Shown piece after piece: positions 1 through 9,402 of a DNA stretch of 36,177 nt; the stretch's first letter is position 1, and each line of letters starts with the position of its first letter. The notes below the pieces were generated by a model. That model worked only from the letters and a program-made list of their open reading frames with translations, did no database searches and was not told where the DNA came from. The position numbers were made by a program, and so were the translations under genes. Source of the stretch: a virus (Duplodnaviria; Caudoviricetes); the IMG/VR virus record IMGVR_UViG_3300048611_000076, positions 1 to 36,177 of that record; one strand, 5' to 3'.

Positions 1-127
1 GGGACGCAGCCGGGGACGCAGCCAGGGCCGCAGCCTGGGACGCAGCCGGGGACGCAGCCAGGGCCGCAGCCTGGGACGCAGCCGGGGACGCAGCCAGGGC
101 CGCAGCCTGGGACGCAGCCAGGGCCGC
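1..127. repeat. Terminal direct repeat (identical to 36051-36177); circular-assembly overlap
   Basis: Base-by-base identity of the first and last 127 nt. 127 is a common assembler k-mer length. Confidence 0.9.
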
Positions 128-185
128 AGCCAGGGACGCAGCCAGGGACGCAGCCTGGGCCGCAGCCGGGGACGCAGCCGGGGCC
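1..185 (+). repeat. 12-bp tandem repeat (G/A/T)GGG(A/C)CGCAGCC, continuing from 36002; 19 full units on the circle
   Basis: Units counted directly. A higher-order 36-bp unit (GD-RA-WD) is repeated three times at 12-119. Confidence 0.95.
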
Positions 186-239
186 GCGCAGGCCAAGAAA
201 CTCAAGCAAATTCTCAATGCGGGGGAATGGGCAGAATGA
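1..239 (+). CDS. 3' part of the wrap-around repeat protein (...DAAGAAQAKKLKQILNAGEWAE*)
   Basis: Frame starting at position 3 is continuous with the 35669 frame. Its TGA (237-239) overlaps the ATG (236-238) of the next gene. Confidence 0.85.
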   Translation, partial: DAAGDAARAAAWDAAGDAARAAAWDAAGDAARAAAWDAARAAARDAARDAAWAAAGDAAGAAQAKKLKQILNAGEWAE

Positions 240-595
240 AAACTTACCGAGTGGAGTTTTTGGCACCCAGATCTCACTTTGAGATCACTTACGATAACGA
301 AAAGTCCGTAGACGACTATGAGTTCTGGGGGGAGAAGTTCAGCGTAACTAATCATCAAATCATCAACGCGCAGGCATCAATTGAGATCCCATCATCCTGG
401 ACTATGGTTGGGTCAAATAATGATGCTGAAGCCATGGCGGCAGGTGATCGGTTTTATGGGGAGTTCACAGTTGATATCCCCGCTGAATCAATCCAGGCGG
501 ATACTCTGGATGAGTGGCTGGATATTTTGTGTGATCAAATCCCGGCGAATTGGGACATAAACGATGCATGGACTAAAGATAAGGATCAAATATGA
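236..595 (+). CDS. Hypothetical acidic protein
   Basis: ORF. The ATGA overlap with the upstream gene favours start 236 over 227. Confidence 0.7.
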   Translation: MKTYRVEFLAPRSHFEITYDNEKSVDDYEFWGEKFSVTNHQIINAQASIEIPSSWTMVGSNNDAEAMAAGDRFYGEFTVDIPAESIQADTLDEWLDILCDQIPANWDINDAWTKDKDQI

Positions 596-825
596 AAACA
601 GTAACCGGTGAAGAGTGGCAGTCGGTCAAAGAGCTTTGCCAGCAGCAGTGGTTCAACCATGGCTATCTTGACAACCCGTTCCGTTCCGATCAATGGCAAT
701 TCCGCGCCTGGGCTGAAAGGGCGCTTGAGATCTCAGACCGTATTCTCGCGATGAATGGAGTAATAGACGGTGAATATCGCCGCCTGCCTGATGCGCCGGT
801 AATTGAGGAGCTGAGAAATGACTAA
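592..825 (+). CDS. Hypothetical protein
   Basis: ORF with AAGGA RBS and ATGA overlap. Confidence 0.7.
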   Translation: MKTVTGEEWQSVKELCQQQWFNHGYLDNPFRSDQWQFRAWAERALEISDRILAMNGVIDGEYRRLPDAPVIEELRND

Positions 826-979
826 CATCGTAAACCAGCCCGGCGAGTTTTTGCGCGGGCAGATTGATTGCCAGAATGGTGTAGATCACAAGCCGGGACA
901 GTCGCCCGACTATGACCGGGGATACGCTACCCAGTACGAGTGGGAGCAAGTGCAAACGGAGTTGAGCCGTGGACATTAA
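818..979 (+). CDS. Small hypothetical protein (53 aa, MTNIVNQPGEFLRGQIDCQNG...YATQYEWEQVQTELSRGH)
   Basis: GAGGAG RBS. Fills the gap between coupled neighbours; below the ORF-track cutoff. Confidence 0.7.
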   Translation: MTNIVNQPGEFLRGQIDCQNGVDHKPGQSPDYDRGYATQYEWEQVQTELSRGH

Positions 980-1559
980 GGAGCTATCAAAACCGCTGTT
1001 AATCGACCAGATAGAATTCCGGGTGCAAAGCATAAACCGAGGCGGCTACGCTACTATCTTAGCGTACAAGGACGCCAGGGTTGATCAACAGCGACTCGAT
1101 GAAGTGGTCGGGCCCCTGGGCTGGATGCGGGAGCACAAAGACAGTAATAGGAACTGTGTGGTTTCCATCTGGTGCCCTGAAAAATGTATGTGGGTGTCCA
1201 AGGAAGACACAGGCACAGAATCGAACACAGAAGCGAAGAAGGGGCTTGCGAGCGATTCATTCAAGCGAGCTTGCTTTAACTGGGGGATCGGTCGGGAGCT
1301 GTACGATTACCCAGTGATACAGGTCAGGCTAGCACAGAATGAGTTTAAAGTTGACGGAGACAAGGTCCGGGCAACCTGGGAGCTAAAGTTAAAGGATTGG
1401 GTATGGTTTAGCCAGTTCGACGAAAACGGGAAATTATCATGCCTTGCAGCGGTGGATAATCACGGCAACCGAAGATTCACATGGGGTGAATACAGAAAAC
1501 AAAACCCATATCCTGCCGCCGGTCCTGATGTTGGGGATGGTGAAAATATTGGGCCGTAA
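969..1559 (+). CDS. Sak/Rad52-like single-strand annealing protein
   Basis: Motifs LAYKDARVDQQRLDEVVG..W and KEDTGTESNTEAKKGLASDSFKRACFNWGIGRELY, typical of Rad52/Rad22-family phage annealases. Confidence 0.85.
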   Translation: MDIKELSKPLLIDQIEFRVQSINRGGYATILAYKDARVDQQRLDEVVGPLGWMREHKDSNRNCVVSIWCPEKCMWVSKEDTGTESNTEAKKGLASDSFKRACFNWGIGRELYDYPVIQVRLAQNEFKVDGDKVRATWELKLKDWVWFSQFDENGKLSCLAAVDNHGNRRFTWGEYRKQNPYPAAGPDVGDGENIGP

Positions 1560-1562
1560 TCA

Positions 1563-1868
1563 ATGGCCGAACGCCGAAAGTCGATTGAAACGAAGGCTGC
1601 TCGTCTGAGGGAATATATACACGATAACATGCTGTGTATATCCGTGGATATGGAGAATCTTCCCCGTTTCAAGGATGCAGAGATTGCCGTTTCTCTCGCT
1701 AAGGGCCGCGATTCTGTTGTTGTGGATGATGAATCCATCATTCCCGATCAATTCGTTAAGGTTAAGCGAGAACCGAAAAAGACTGAAATCGGCAATGTTA
1801 TAAAATCTGGCCAGGCGGTGCCCGGTGCTCGAATTGAACAGGGCAGGCCAAGCCTTCGGATCAAGTAG
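1563..1868 (+). CDS. Siphovirus Gp157-like protein, apparently N-terminally shortened
   Basis: AERRKSIE..AARLREYI and SVVVDDESIIPDQF...EPKKTEI...KSGQAVPGARIE...SLRIK match the C-terminal part of the Gp157 family. Confidence 0.75.
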   Translation: MAERRKSIETKAARLREYIHDNMLCISVDMENLPRFKDAEIAVSLAKGRDSVVVDDESIIPDQFVKVKREPKKTEIGNVIKSGQAVPGARIEQGRPSLRIK

Positions 1869-1883
1869 TTTAACCATAGCACA

Positions 1884-1905
1884 TAGGGGCATAGCCCCTA
1901 CTTTT
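1884..1905 (+). terminator. Rho-independent terminator-like hairpin
   Basis: TAGGGGC-ATA-GCCCCTA followed by CTTTT. Confidence 0.6.
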
Positions 1906-1917
1906 GAGGATAGAAAG

Positions 1918-2097
1918 ATGAAATTTCTCTTTAAGCATATTGGATTATTTATTGGCGCTCTTGGGTGGGGAATATTGTTTAACCACAATTGGGTTATTGC
2001 TATTGGCGTCGGGTTAGCTATGTGGGGGTATGAAATGCAGTTAAGGAGCCCGGCAGAGGAGGAAAGCGATGGCCACGCGCAGACCGAGAAACGATGA
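1918..2097 (+). CDS. Small membrane protein (two hydrophobic segments)
   Basis: GAGGA RBS before ATG 1918; MKFLFKHIGLFIGALGWGILF...IAIGVGLAMWG. Confidence 0.65.
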   Translation: MKFLFKHIGLFIGALGWGILFNHNWVIAIGVGLAMWGYEMQLRSPAEEESDGHAQTEKR

Positions 2098-2305
2098 CGG
2101 TGAATTGCAGTGCAAGGAGTGCGAACAATGGCTGCCAGAGCCAGCATTCACAATCAAGAGATGCGGGAGGAGCGGGCATCTATACCCTGACCGAACCTGC
2201 AAAAAGTGCCTGTCGGAAAAGATGCGGATTCGGAGGGAGGCCACGGAGGAAAGAAGGGCTCCGAATTCTGCTGTTTCTGAGTTTATGAGCAGGCAGTGGG
2301 TTTGA
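2069..2305 (+). CDS. Small zinc-finger-like protein
   Basis: CKEC...CKKC pairs and a GAGGAGG RBS. Last gene of the + early operon. Confidence 0.65.
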   Translation: MATRRPRNDDGELQCKECEQWLPEPAFTIKRCGRSGHLYPDRTCKKCLSEKMRIRREATEERRAPNSAVSEFMSRQWV

Positions 2306-2317
2306 TTTTGGTATTCA

Positions 2318-2334
2318 GGCCCCTATATGGGGCC
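2318..2334. terminator. Hairpin between the convergent early and late operons
   Basis: GGCCCC-TATAT-GGGGCC, with no clear U tract. Confidence 0.45.
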
Positions 2335-2339
2335 GCGTC

Positions 2340-4148
2340 TTATGAGGACAAAACCCCCTTGTTAACTAGATCACTGATAAGTGTTCCTAACACATCGGCA
2401 AGTTCATCAACACTTGTCGCGTCGGCATTGTACGCTCTATCGGTAGTAAGGTTAGTCACGGCATAATTTGGGTTCGCCGGGTATGCTGTTGTGGTATCAT
2501 TTATTAACCCTGCGTCTTCTAGGGCTTGTAAAAAATTTGTTATCCCCGTTCCTGGCCCCCGGACTCCTGTAACTGAGAGCGGGAACGTTTGGGGAGTAAC
2601 TCCAGACGAAAAACTTATACCATCAGCAGCGTATTTTATAATGCCGCTGTAATTAGATGCCTCGGTAATGCCACCGCCAACGGTATTGGGTCCTAGCAAA
2701 ATATTACTATTGCCTCCGGAAGTCACAAACAGAAAATTATCTGTAAAGCCTGCCGAAAAATTACCAGAAATGGAGCCGTTTCGCGAAGCTGCTAGCCGAA
2801 TAGCATGTGCCCCAGCAGTGTTTCCAATCATTCTAACGCCGTGAATGCAAAACCCGTCTACAAAAGAACCCGCGAACGTTGTCCCCAGCTGGATTTGGTA
2901 AAGCGTATTCGCATTTTTGGCCTCCATGTAGCCGCCAAAGAAATTCACCGCATCAGCATTATCGATTAGAACTTGAGCGGAAACATTCCAAGTCTCAAAA
3001 TCGCAGCCATAGAAATTTATATTATTACACCCCTCTGTTTCACCAACTCTCACGCTACGTAAAGGCGTTTTAGTGGAGCTTCCCCATGCCTTGCATCCCA
3101 CAAGGTTAGAGTTGTGACACTTATCCCGCAACCTCCAGCCGTAGGACTCGAAACCGTACGATACGCAATTAGTCCAGCGGCATGCAAAACAGCTTTCCCC
3201 AAGATTCCAGCAGTCAAACACATCGAATACTAGGACATTATCAAACAGGAAGTTGGCACACTTATCATCTAGCAGAAACCCGTGTAGCGCGGCGTCATTA
3301 CCATCGAGAGCCAAATCCTTAACAACACATGCAAAGACTGTTGTGGTGCCCCCATCACCATAGCGAATCATTGTGGTAGCAACACCTCCCCAAACGATAG
3401 TGGAGGCTTGTCCAGGCGTAGTGCTCTGAAGTGAACCATGGCCATCCCCCTCCAGCATAATTCCTGTAGTTTTTATATTTAGCGTGGTTAGTATAGTATA
3501 AGCGCCAGCCGGAACCCTTAATCGCTTAATACCTGACGACACGACGTAATCAATAGAGTTCTGAATGGCTGTTGCATTATCCGCAATCACAGGCGCCGCG
3601 CCAAATTGACGGATATTCACTTTCCTATCGGGGAACAGCCCCTTAGCCTGCAACTCACCACCCGCAAGATCAATAAATGATCCGCCGTCATCTGTCCCGG
3701 TGCCTGCGGCTACAATTTCATAATCGTTCCCGCCGCCGCCTCCAGGGGATAAATATCCAGCCGTGTGAACAATGTCACCCTCTTTTAGATAGGGGGAGTC
3801 GACCATGTCCTGCTTGTTGACAAACTGGAGGTTTTCGAGCCTATCCAATGTTGCCGTAGCTCCGTTGTCGAGGGGAATATCTAACGGAGAAACAGGGGCA
3901 AGCGAAGTGATCCTGTAGAGCCTCCAGGAAGGTGCCACGCGCACATAGATAGGGTTATCAGGGTCAGCCTCAAGATTGGCCGCCTTTAGATCGTCCTCGC
4001 TGTCGTAATAGTAGGTCTGGGCCTGCTTCTGTATCTGCGAGAATAGATTCTCTTTTGAGATCTTCCGGTTTACGCCATTCCCGAACGTATCGAAAAAGTG
4101 ACCGTCTGGGACTTCGGCGTCAGTGATGAAATTGCTTTTTCTTGGCAT
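2340..4148 (-). CDS. Tail spike / putative polysaccharide depolymerase (pectate-lyase-3-like beta-helix)
   Basis: GYLSPGGGGG...DDGGSFI neck motif and VNIRQFGA...DNATAIQ..I...VPAGAY beta-helix start. Asn/Cys-rich coils. Last gene of the late operon. Confidence 0.85.
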   Translation of the reverse strand: MPRKSNFITDAEVPDGHFFDTFGNGVNRKISKENLFSQIQKQAQTYYYDSEDDLKAANLEADPDNPIYVRVAPSWRLYRITSLAPVSPLDIPLDNGATATLDRLENLQFVNKQDMVDSPYLKEGDIVHTAGYLSPGGGGGNDYEIVAAGTGTDDGGSFIDLAGGELQAKGLFPDRKVNIRQFGAAPVIADNATAIQNSIDYVVSSGIKRLRVPAGAYTILTTLNIKTTGIMLEGDGHGSLQSTTPGQASTIVWGGVATTMIRYGDGGTTTVFACVVKDLALDGNDAALHGFLLDDKCANFLFDNVLVFDVFDCWNLGESCFACRWTNCVSYGFESYGWRLRDKCHNSNLVGCKAWGSSTKTPLRSVRVGETEGCNNINFYGCDFETWNVSAQVLIDNADAVNFFGGYMEAKNANTLYQIQLGTTFAGSFVDGFCIHGVRMIGNTAGAHAIRLAASRNGSISGNFSAGFTDNFLFVTSGGNSNILLGPNTVGGGITEASNYSGIIKYAADGISFSSGVTPQTFPLSVTGVRGPGTGITNFLQALEDAGLINDTTTAYPANPNYAVTNLTTDRAYNADATSVDELADVLGTLISDLVNKGVLSS

Positions 4149-4193
4149 AACCGCACCCTTCTCTATGGGATAGAATAATATTCTTACTTTTCA

Positions 4194-5744
4194 TTAAATA
4201 GGGTCTGTAAACTCATAGTCCCAGCCGGCACCTAATGGGCGTAACAACCGCTGAGTTGTTCCCGCGAGCTTATTGATCACCATTCCGTGACGCAGCGGTG
4301 CGGTCGGGACAGTTGTATGGGTCGCAACCAATACGCCGTCGATATAAAACTCAGTCTCAGTGGCATCAGCGTTGACGACGATTTCCAAGACTTGGCGAGT
4401 GTTGCCTGTTGTGGGAGACACTGCGGTATTCGTAATCTCCTCACCGCCTCCCGCATCTTGTGAGGCACAGACCCAGTTTCCACTATTGACCGAATCGGTG
4501 TAGCGAAATAAAGCTTCGTCGTCATCACTTACCGTATCAAACGCCCCTCCGTGGAGTCCGACCGCAACCGCATAGGTCTCTGTTATGTCACTCAGAGCAC
4601 CAACAGCTACGTCTGTCCTGAACCGTGCAGGACCGAACCCGAGCCTAAATGACAGAGATGTCCTTAGACGCGCGGAAGCGTCCGACGACGTGCTTGTGCC
4701 AAGAAATGTACCGGCGCCTACTGGTATCCCGGTGACCGAGCCGGCCTCACCATAAATGCCCGAATTGGCCGCAGTAGAGCTATACAACTCTAGGCCATCG
4801 CCCGTTGCCGTAAACCAAGTCCACTCAGAACTGCGTCGAATCGTGCCAAAGGAAGATTCCGTACTTTGTATCGAATACGAAACCGGAACATTTACCCATG
4901 TCGAGTTTGCCTGATCAAATACAAGACCTTCGCCACCCTGTGGAGACGCCGCGTCTACATCATGAATATCCTCCAGGGACTCTACGTTAACAATCCTGAC
5001 AAATATGAATCCCTCATTTGCATTTGAGCGAACAACAAAACCTATATGTACCGCATGGCTAGGAGGGTCTGGTTTAACATTTGTTATCTCACCTGCAACG
5101 CTATCAGACAGCCAAAGCTCGTCACCCTCCGGCCACGCAGAAGTGTCAAGATCTCGAACATAGCCAAATATGGTCACAAACCCGGTAGAATTGTTTTCTA
5201 TTGTTTGAGTTGTAACTCCAATAGTTAAATTAGCCGCGCTTGTATTTGCCTGTGCTCTCTCGACAACTGTTCTGGTCCCTGTGGCGCCTGTGATATAGAC
5301 GGCCTCACCATCAACAAGAGTGATTCCCGTCTCGTTTCTAACCTTGATGACGAACTCTTGACCGGTCTGCAAAACTACGCCGCCACTCAACCCTATATCT
5401 ACAGTGGAATCTGTATCGTTCCATGCCATCATTCCTTCTGTAACAGTGGCGCCGGCAGCAGTATCGAAAGTTATAGACTGCATGTTTTCCGGCGTCAGGG
5501 AGCTGTTGAAGGTTAAGGTTCCCTCTGCCTGGTTGATAGCCAAAGACATGTTTGTGCCGGCAATCAGCTGCAAAGCTCCCGGCAGATCATTCAGGGATAC
5601 AACGCCAGGCGTTCCGATCTCTTTCTCGATCTGCGCGAAGAGGTTAGGCTTTGAAATCCGGCTGTTGAATCCGCCACCAAACACATCAAAGAAATAGTTC
5701 GATGGGACTGAGGTTATACCGGTGAATGTGCTTTTCTTTGGCAT
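4194..5744 (-). CDS. Tail fibre / virion appendage protein with C-terminal lectin-like beta-sandwich
   Basis: Thr/Gly-rich. VRNETGITLVDGEAVYITGA...GVTT...GFVTIFGYVRDLDTS domain; C-terminal FYIDGVLVATHTT. N-terminus is homologous to the 2340-4148 gene. Confidence 0.7.
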   Translation of the reverse strand: MPKKSTFTGITSVPSNYFFDVFGGGFNSRISKPNLFAQIEKEIGTPGVVSLNDLPGALQLIAGTNMSLAINQAEGTLTFNSSLTPENMQSITFDTAAGATVTEGMMAWNDTDSTVDIGLSGGVVLQTGQEFVIKVRNETGITLVDGEAVYITGATGTRTVVERAQANTSAANLTIGVTTQTIENNSTGFVTIFGYVRDLDTSAWPEGDELWLSDSVAGEITNVKPDPPSHAVHIGFVVRSNANEGFIFVRIVNVESLEDIHDVDAASPQGGEGLVFDQANSTWVNVPVSYSIQSTESSFGTIRRSSEWTWFTATGDGLELYSSTAANSGIYGEAGSVTGIPVGAGTFLGTSTSSDASARLRTSLSFRLGFGPARFRTDVAVGALSDITETYAVAVGLHGGAFDTVSDDDEALFRYTDSVNSGNWVCASQDAGGGEEITNTAVSPTTGNTRQVLEIVVNADATETEFYIDGVLVATHTTVPTAPLRHGMVINKLAGTTQRLLRPLGAGWDYEFTDPI

Positions 5745-5760
5745 TTCTATCTACCTAACC

Positions 5761-7149
5761 TTATGATTGCGCCTTGTATGTTATAGATACTTGATACTTT
5801 GAGGATATGGTGCTTGAAGATGAGCCGGCCCAATCGGAATACAAAAGATTAAAGGTGGATGCCGAACCATCGACAATTACCTGGTAAACTATAGATGCAT
5901 CAAACCCATAAACATTTGTAGCCTCTACTGGATCTGGAGCATATAGATCTGGGATCACAGCTCCAGAAGAAACAAACGATAGGCTTGCATGCGTCAACAC
6001 TCCATCGCTTGTGATGTTGACAACATCTCCATTTCTGTTCAATGTTATTTCCTGTGTGCTAAAGTCTCCACCAAGCTCAATAACCTCTGATACCCCATTG
6101 TCGGCGAATACCCTGTAAAAATTGTCGCTTTCTGTCGAAACCAGTCTTAATGTTTCTCCTGGCTTTATTTCATACGAATCGCTTGCACCGCCCCATGTAT
6201 CGACACTTGAAAATGCCCATTTTAGAGTTACCCCTGCGATGAACTCTCTTTTTAGTGTCAAGCTGCTTGGAGAGTCCGGATCACATATTATTATTGTTTC
6301 TGTTGCGCCTTCATCAAAATCCGCAAGCCCTATTGTTAGCTCATGGCCGCCAGTGTCATTCCAAAAATATGTGTTATTGAATCCTGAGTTTATGGTTGAA
6401 CTGGCACCAGAAAGAGCAACACGCGTCCTAGTTGTGACAAGATCCCTCCAGTCAGAATTGCCAAATGACCCGGGCTCTGAATTTGTGTTGTTGTTTATAT
6501 CCGAAACCCAAATTGATTCGTTATGAATAACCAAGTCGCCATCTTGATATATTCTTGTTGATAGCCACCGTCTCGGCTCGTTTGTGTCTGCCCAAACATC
6601 CGTTGATGATTGTTCTGGCTGGTTTCCCACGTTGTCATCACTAACAGATCTATAAAAATTTCCATTGTGAATCACAATGTCGTTCTGTGAATATGTAGCA
6701 TTTGTATTCCAAAATGACATAAAAGCCAACTCCTCCCAGAGAGTTGGGCTGCTTACTGGATCGTTACCCAAGTTATTATTTGTTAAGGATTCATAATAAT
6801 TTGCATCGGAACCTTTTATAATATCCCCTATTCTGTAAGAAATTATAGGCGACCAGTCGGAGAACTGACCAAGAAGATCAGTTAAGTCAACATCATCGCG
6901 TGACCATTGCTGAATATTATTGTTAGATTTGAATACAACAGTATAACGACCGCTTCCGAAAACTGGCGGCAGCCTTCCCTCACCATCAAGCAAGACAGGA
7001 TTGGTGTTCTTTATAGTCTCGATAGGGTCGTTGAAAGTGTCCTTCTTGGTGTTCGGATCTTTGTTCTCGTAGAAGTACAGCTTGCCCGAGGATGCAACTG
7101 AACCATCATTCAGGTAATATTGTGGAACCGGGTTTACAAATCTGCTCAT
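5761..7149 (-). CDS. Tail protein with P22-tailspike-like head-binding N-domain and three CBM5/12 (chitin-binding-like) repeats
   Basis: N-terminal GKLYFYE..P.T.K.TF.D....NTNPVLLDGEGR. Three W....Y..(G/N)D.V....Y.S....N....P....W repeats. Confidence 0.75.
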   Translation of the reverse strand: MSRFVNPVPQYYLNDGSVASSGKLYFYENKDPNTKKDTFNDPIETIKNTNPVLLDGEGRLPPVFGSGRYTVVFKSNNNIQQWSRDDVDLTDLLGQFSDWSPIISYRIGDIIKGSDANYYESLTNNNLGNDPVSSPTLWEELAFMSFWNTNATYSQNDIVIHNGNFYRSVSDDNVGNQPEQSSTDVWADTNEPRRWLSTRIYQDGDLVIHNESIWVSDINNNTNSEPGSFGNSDWRDLVTTRTRVALSGASSTINSGFNNTYFWNDTGGHELTIGLADFDEGATETIIICDPDSPSSLTLKREFIAGVTLKWAFSSVDTWGGASDSYEIKPGETLRLVSTESDNFYRVFADNGVSEVIELGGDFSTQEITLNRNGDVVNITSDGVLTHASLSFVSSGAVIPDLYAPDPVEATNVYGFDASIVYQVIVDGSASTFNLLYSDWAGSSSSTISSKYQVSITYKAQS

Positions 7150-7170
7150 CTTAAAGGTGTCCTATGCAAA

Positions 7171-9402
7171 TCATTGCGCTTGCACTGCTGTTCTGGATTG
7201 ATCCGCGTCTTGGTTTTGCGGCTCTTGCCCTAGTTGGTCTTGTAGTAGCACATCAGTTAATCCAACTGTGGTTCCCGCCTCGCCGCCGTACTTTCTAGCC
7301 CTACGCATAGCTTCTCGCGTCTGTGCTCGCTCCAGTGCTGCTATGTCGTCGGTAAGGCGCAGAATTTGCTGTTCTGCACGGCGAGTCTGAGCCGCTCCAA
7401 GTGCGGAAGAAACGACCGGAACCCTGAACCCAAGGATTCTGTCTAGCTTCTCATCCAGTTTTGCGGCTGCATTCTGTATCGACTGACCGCTTGGACCCGA
7501 CCCAGGTTGAGCACCCGGAACGGGCTCCTTGAATGTTGCCACTTCTGCCAAATCTGCCAGAAACTTCCTCTCGGGCTCATTGAAAAGCACATCGAATTTT
7601 TCTCGACCAACCGATTTTATGGCGCGCTCTATCCCAGCTCTGGAAAGAGATTGCGTCCCACGTTCAGTCAGAGGGCCACCGAAAGCTTTTGATACCACGT
7701 CCTGCATGGCCGCCGCCCGTATATCGTCCCACGCCTTTTCACCGGCCAGGCCCTCGTCGCCGGTTGGGGCGGTTAGATATCGGCGCAGCTCCTTTAGATC
7801 CTGAGCTTTGTATCTTGAGCCGGCCCGGGATAATGCACCCTGCTGTATATCGTCAGGAGTGACACGATTTGTCAGAATGTCACGAACGATATTAACGTCA
7901 CGCTCGTCAAATTTGTTGAATCGCTCTCGATCAAGGCCACGCTCAAAAGATGCTTTTGCGGCCCTGGCGCCACGAAAGAAGTCTTCCCCCGCTGCCGACC
8001 CTACATCCTCGTCAAGCGCATCCTTGAACCGCCGGATAATCTCCCTGCCACGGGAGTTGGTGCTGGGGAATATGTCGTTAGCGGTCTGTCGTAAACGCTC
8101 TGCTGAAGCCACTGAAACGCGACCCGAGGGGCTGAACCCCTTTAGGGCACCACTCTGCTCCATGGCGCCACGAAGAGAGGAGATGACGCCGCCGCTCAGC
8201 TCATTGTCAGGCGCGAATTGCCGCAGGATGCTGGAGGAGTTGTTAAACCTGACGTTTTTCGCATCTGGCGCAGCTTCCCGGGCCTGCCTATACAGCTCCC
8301 CGATTCTCTGATCTGCCCGCAGGGCTCGGGTTACCACCGTATCGATAGGCGATGACGGGGCCTGAAACGGATCTCCTCCAGTGCCTTGCAGGGCCTCCCT
8401 GGCGCGCTGCGCGAACACTTCCTCCTGCCCCTCGAGCTTTTCAGTTACGCGGCCACCCTGCTTGAAAAGGTCCTGCTGCTGGACAAATAGACCGCGATCA
8501 CGGGTCCGCTGTGCCTCTGTAGGCGTCGTACCAAGCCTGGTGAATGCCTCTTCCCGCTGGAGATTCCTCGCAGCCTGTTCTGGAGTTATTGCGGATGATG
8601 GGGCTTCTACTGCGGGGGCCTCCAATTCGGGCCTACCGGTAGTTGCCCTCGAGAAATCATCTATCACCGCTTCCTCTTCCGGCCTGAGAGGAACCTGGAC
8701 CTCTTCTTGTGCAGTGCGCGGGCGCGCTCTCTGTGCTGCTAGGCCACCGGCCAACGGAGCCACTAGGCCGCCCACAAGCTCACCCACCTGGCGCCCGCCT
8801 TCCCCTCCTATCGCCTCACCACCAGCGCCACCAAGCGCAGCACCCCCACCAGACAGGGCCGAAAATGCCACGTCCTGAGCCAGAGTAGAGGCGCCCATCT
8901 GCCGAATAGTGCCAGACAACAGGGATTCCCCGGCGCGCCCGAATTGTGGCAACTGCTGAGCAGCGGCCCGGAACCCAGTCCCCGCAAGCGCGCCCGGCCC
9001 TACTAGCTCGCCACCACTGCGCACCACTTCCCGAGCCAAACCGGGCTGCATGAATCCGCCAGCAGTGCCAGCGGATAGCGCCTCAGTTATCGAGGGTACG
9101 CGGCGATCAGATCCTGATAGCTGGAGAATCGCGTTTGCTTGGTCTGTGGTCAGAAAATCAGCAGCCTGTGAGACCCCCCGGTTGATTGCCGCGGCGGTTT
9201 CAAGGGCTGGGTCTGTGACAAGGCGCCGAAGGAGACCCCTCTCCTCTGCTTGTGGCTGTGGGGCCGCTTCCGGCTGTTGCACAGGCTGCTGGATGGGCGC
9301 AGCGGTCTGCTCAGACAGCATGGTTAGCGTCTGGACAAGCCGCTCTCCCTGGACCTCGTCAGGAACTTCATAGATCTGGCCGTTTATCTCATACCGGGCC
9401 AT
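7171..9402 (-). CDS. DNA ejection (pilot) protein, P22 gp16 position
   Basis: 743 aa, Ala/Gly/Gln-rich and helical, with a Gly-rich hydrophobic stretch. Third of three ejection genes by synteny. Confidence 0.65.
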   Translation of the reverse strand: MARYEINGQIYEVPDEVQGERLVQTLTMLSEQTAAPIQQPVQQPEAAPQPQAEERGLLRRLVTDPALETAAAINRGVSQAADFLTTDQANAILQLSGSDRRVPSITEALSAGTAGGFMQPGLAREVVRSGGELVGPGALAGTGFRAAAQQLPQFGRAGESLLSGTIRQMGASTLAQDVAFSALSGGGAALGGAGGEAIGGEGGRQVGELVGGLVAPLAGGLAAQRARPRTAQEEVQVPLRPEEEAVIDDFSRATTGRPELEAPAVEAPSSAITPEQAARNLQREEAFTRLGTTPTEAQRTRDRGLFVQQQDLFKQGGRVTEKLEGQEEVFAQRAREALQGTGGDPFQAPSSPIDTVVTRALRADQRIGELYRQAREAAPDAKNVRFNNSSSILRQFAPDNELSGGVISSLRGAMEQSGALKGFSPSGRVSVASAERLRQTANDIFPSTNSRGREIIRRFKDALDEDVGSAAGEDFFRGARAAKASFERGLDRERFNKFDERDVNIVRDILTNRVTPDDIQQGALSRAGSRYKAQDLKELRRYLTAPTGDEGLAGEKAWDDIRAAAMQDVVSKAFGGPLTERGTQSLSRAGIERAIKSVGREKFDVLFNEPERKFLADLAEVATFKEPVPGAQPGSGPSGQSIQNAAAKLDEKLDRILGFRVPVVSSALGAAQTRRAEQQILRLTDDIAALERAQTREAMRRARKYGGEAGTTVGLTDVLLQDQLGQEPQNQDADQSRTAVQAQ

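Noticed and set aside
1-185. Tandem repeats as a CRISPR array or DGR variable region
   Set aside because: The units are contiguous 12-mers with no unique spacers and they encode an in-frame peptide repeat. There is no cas or reverse transcriptase gene.
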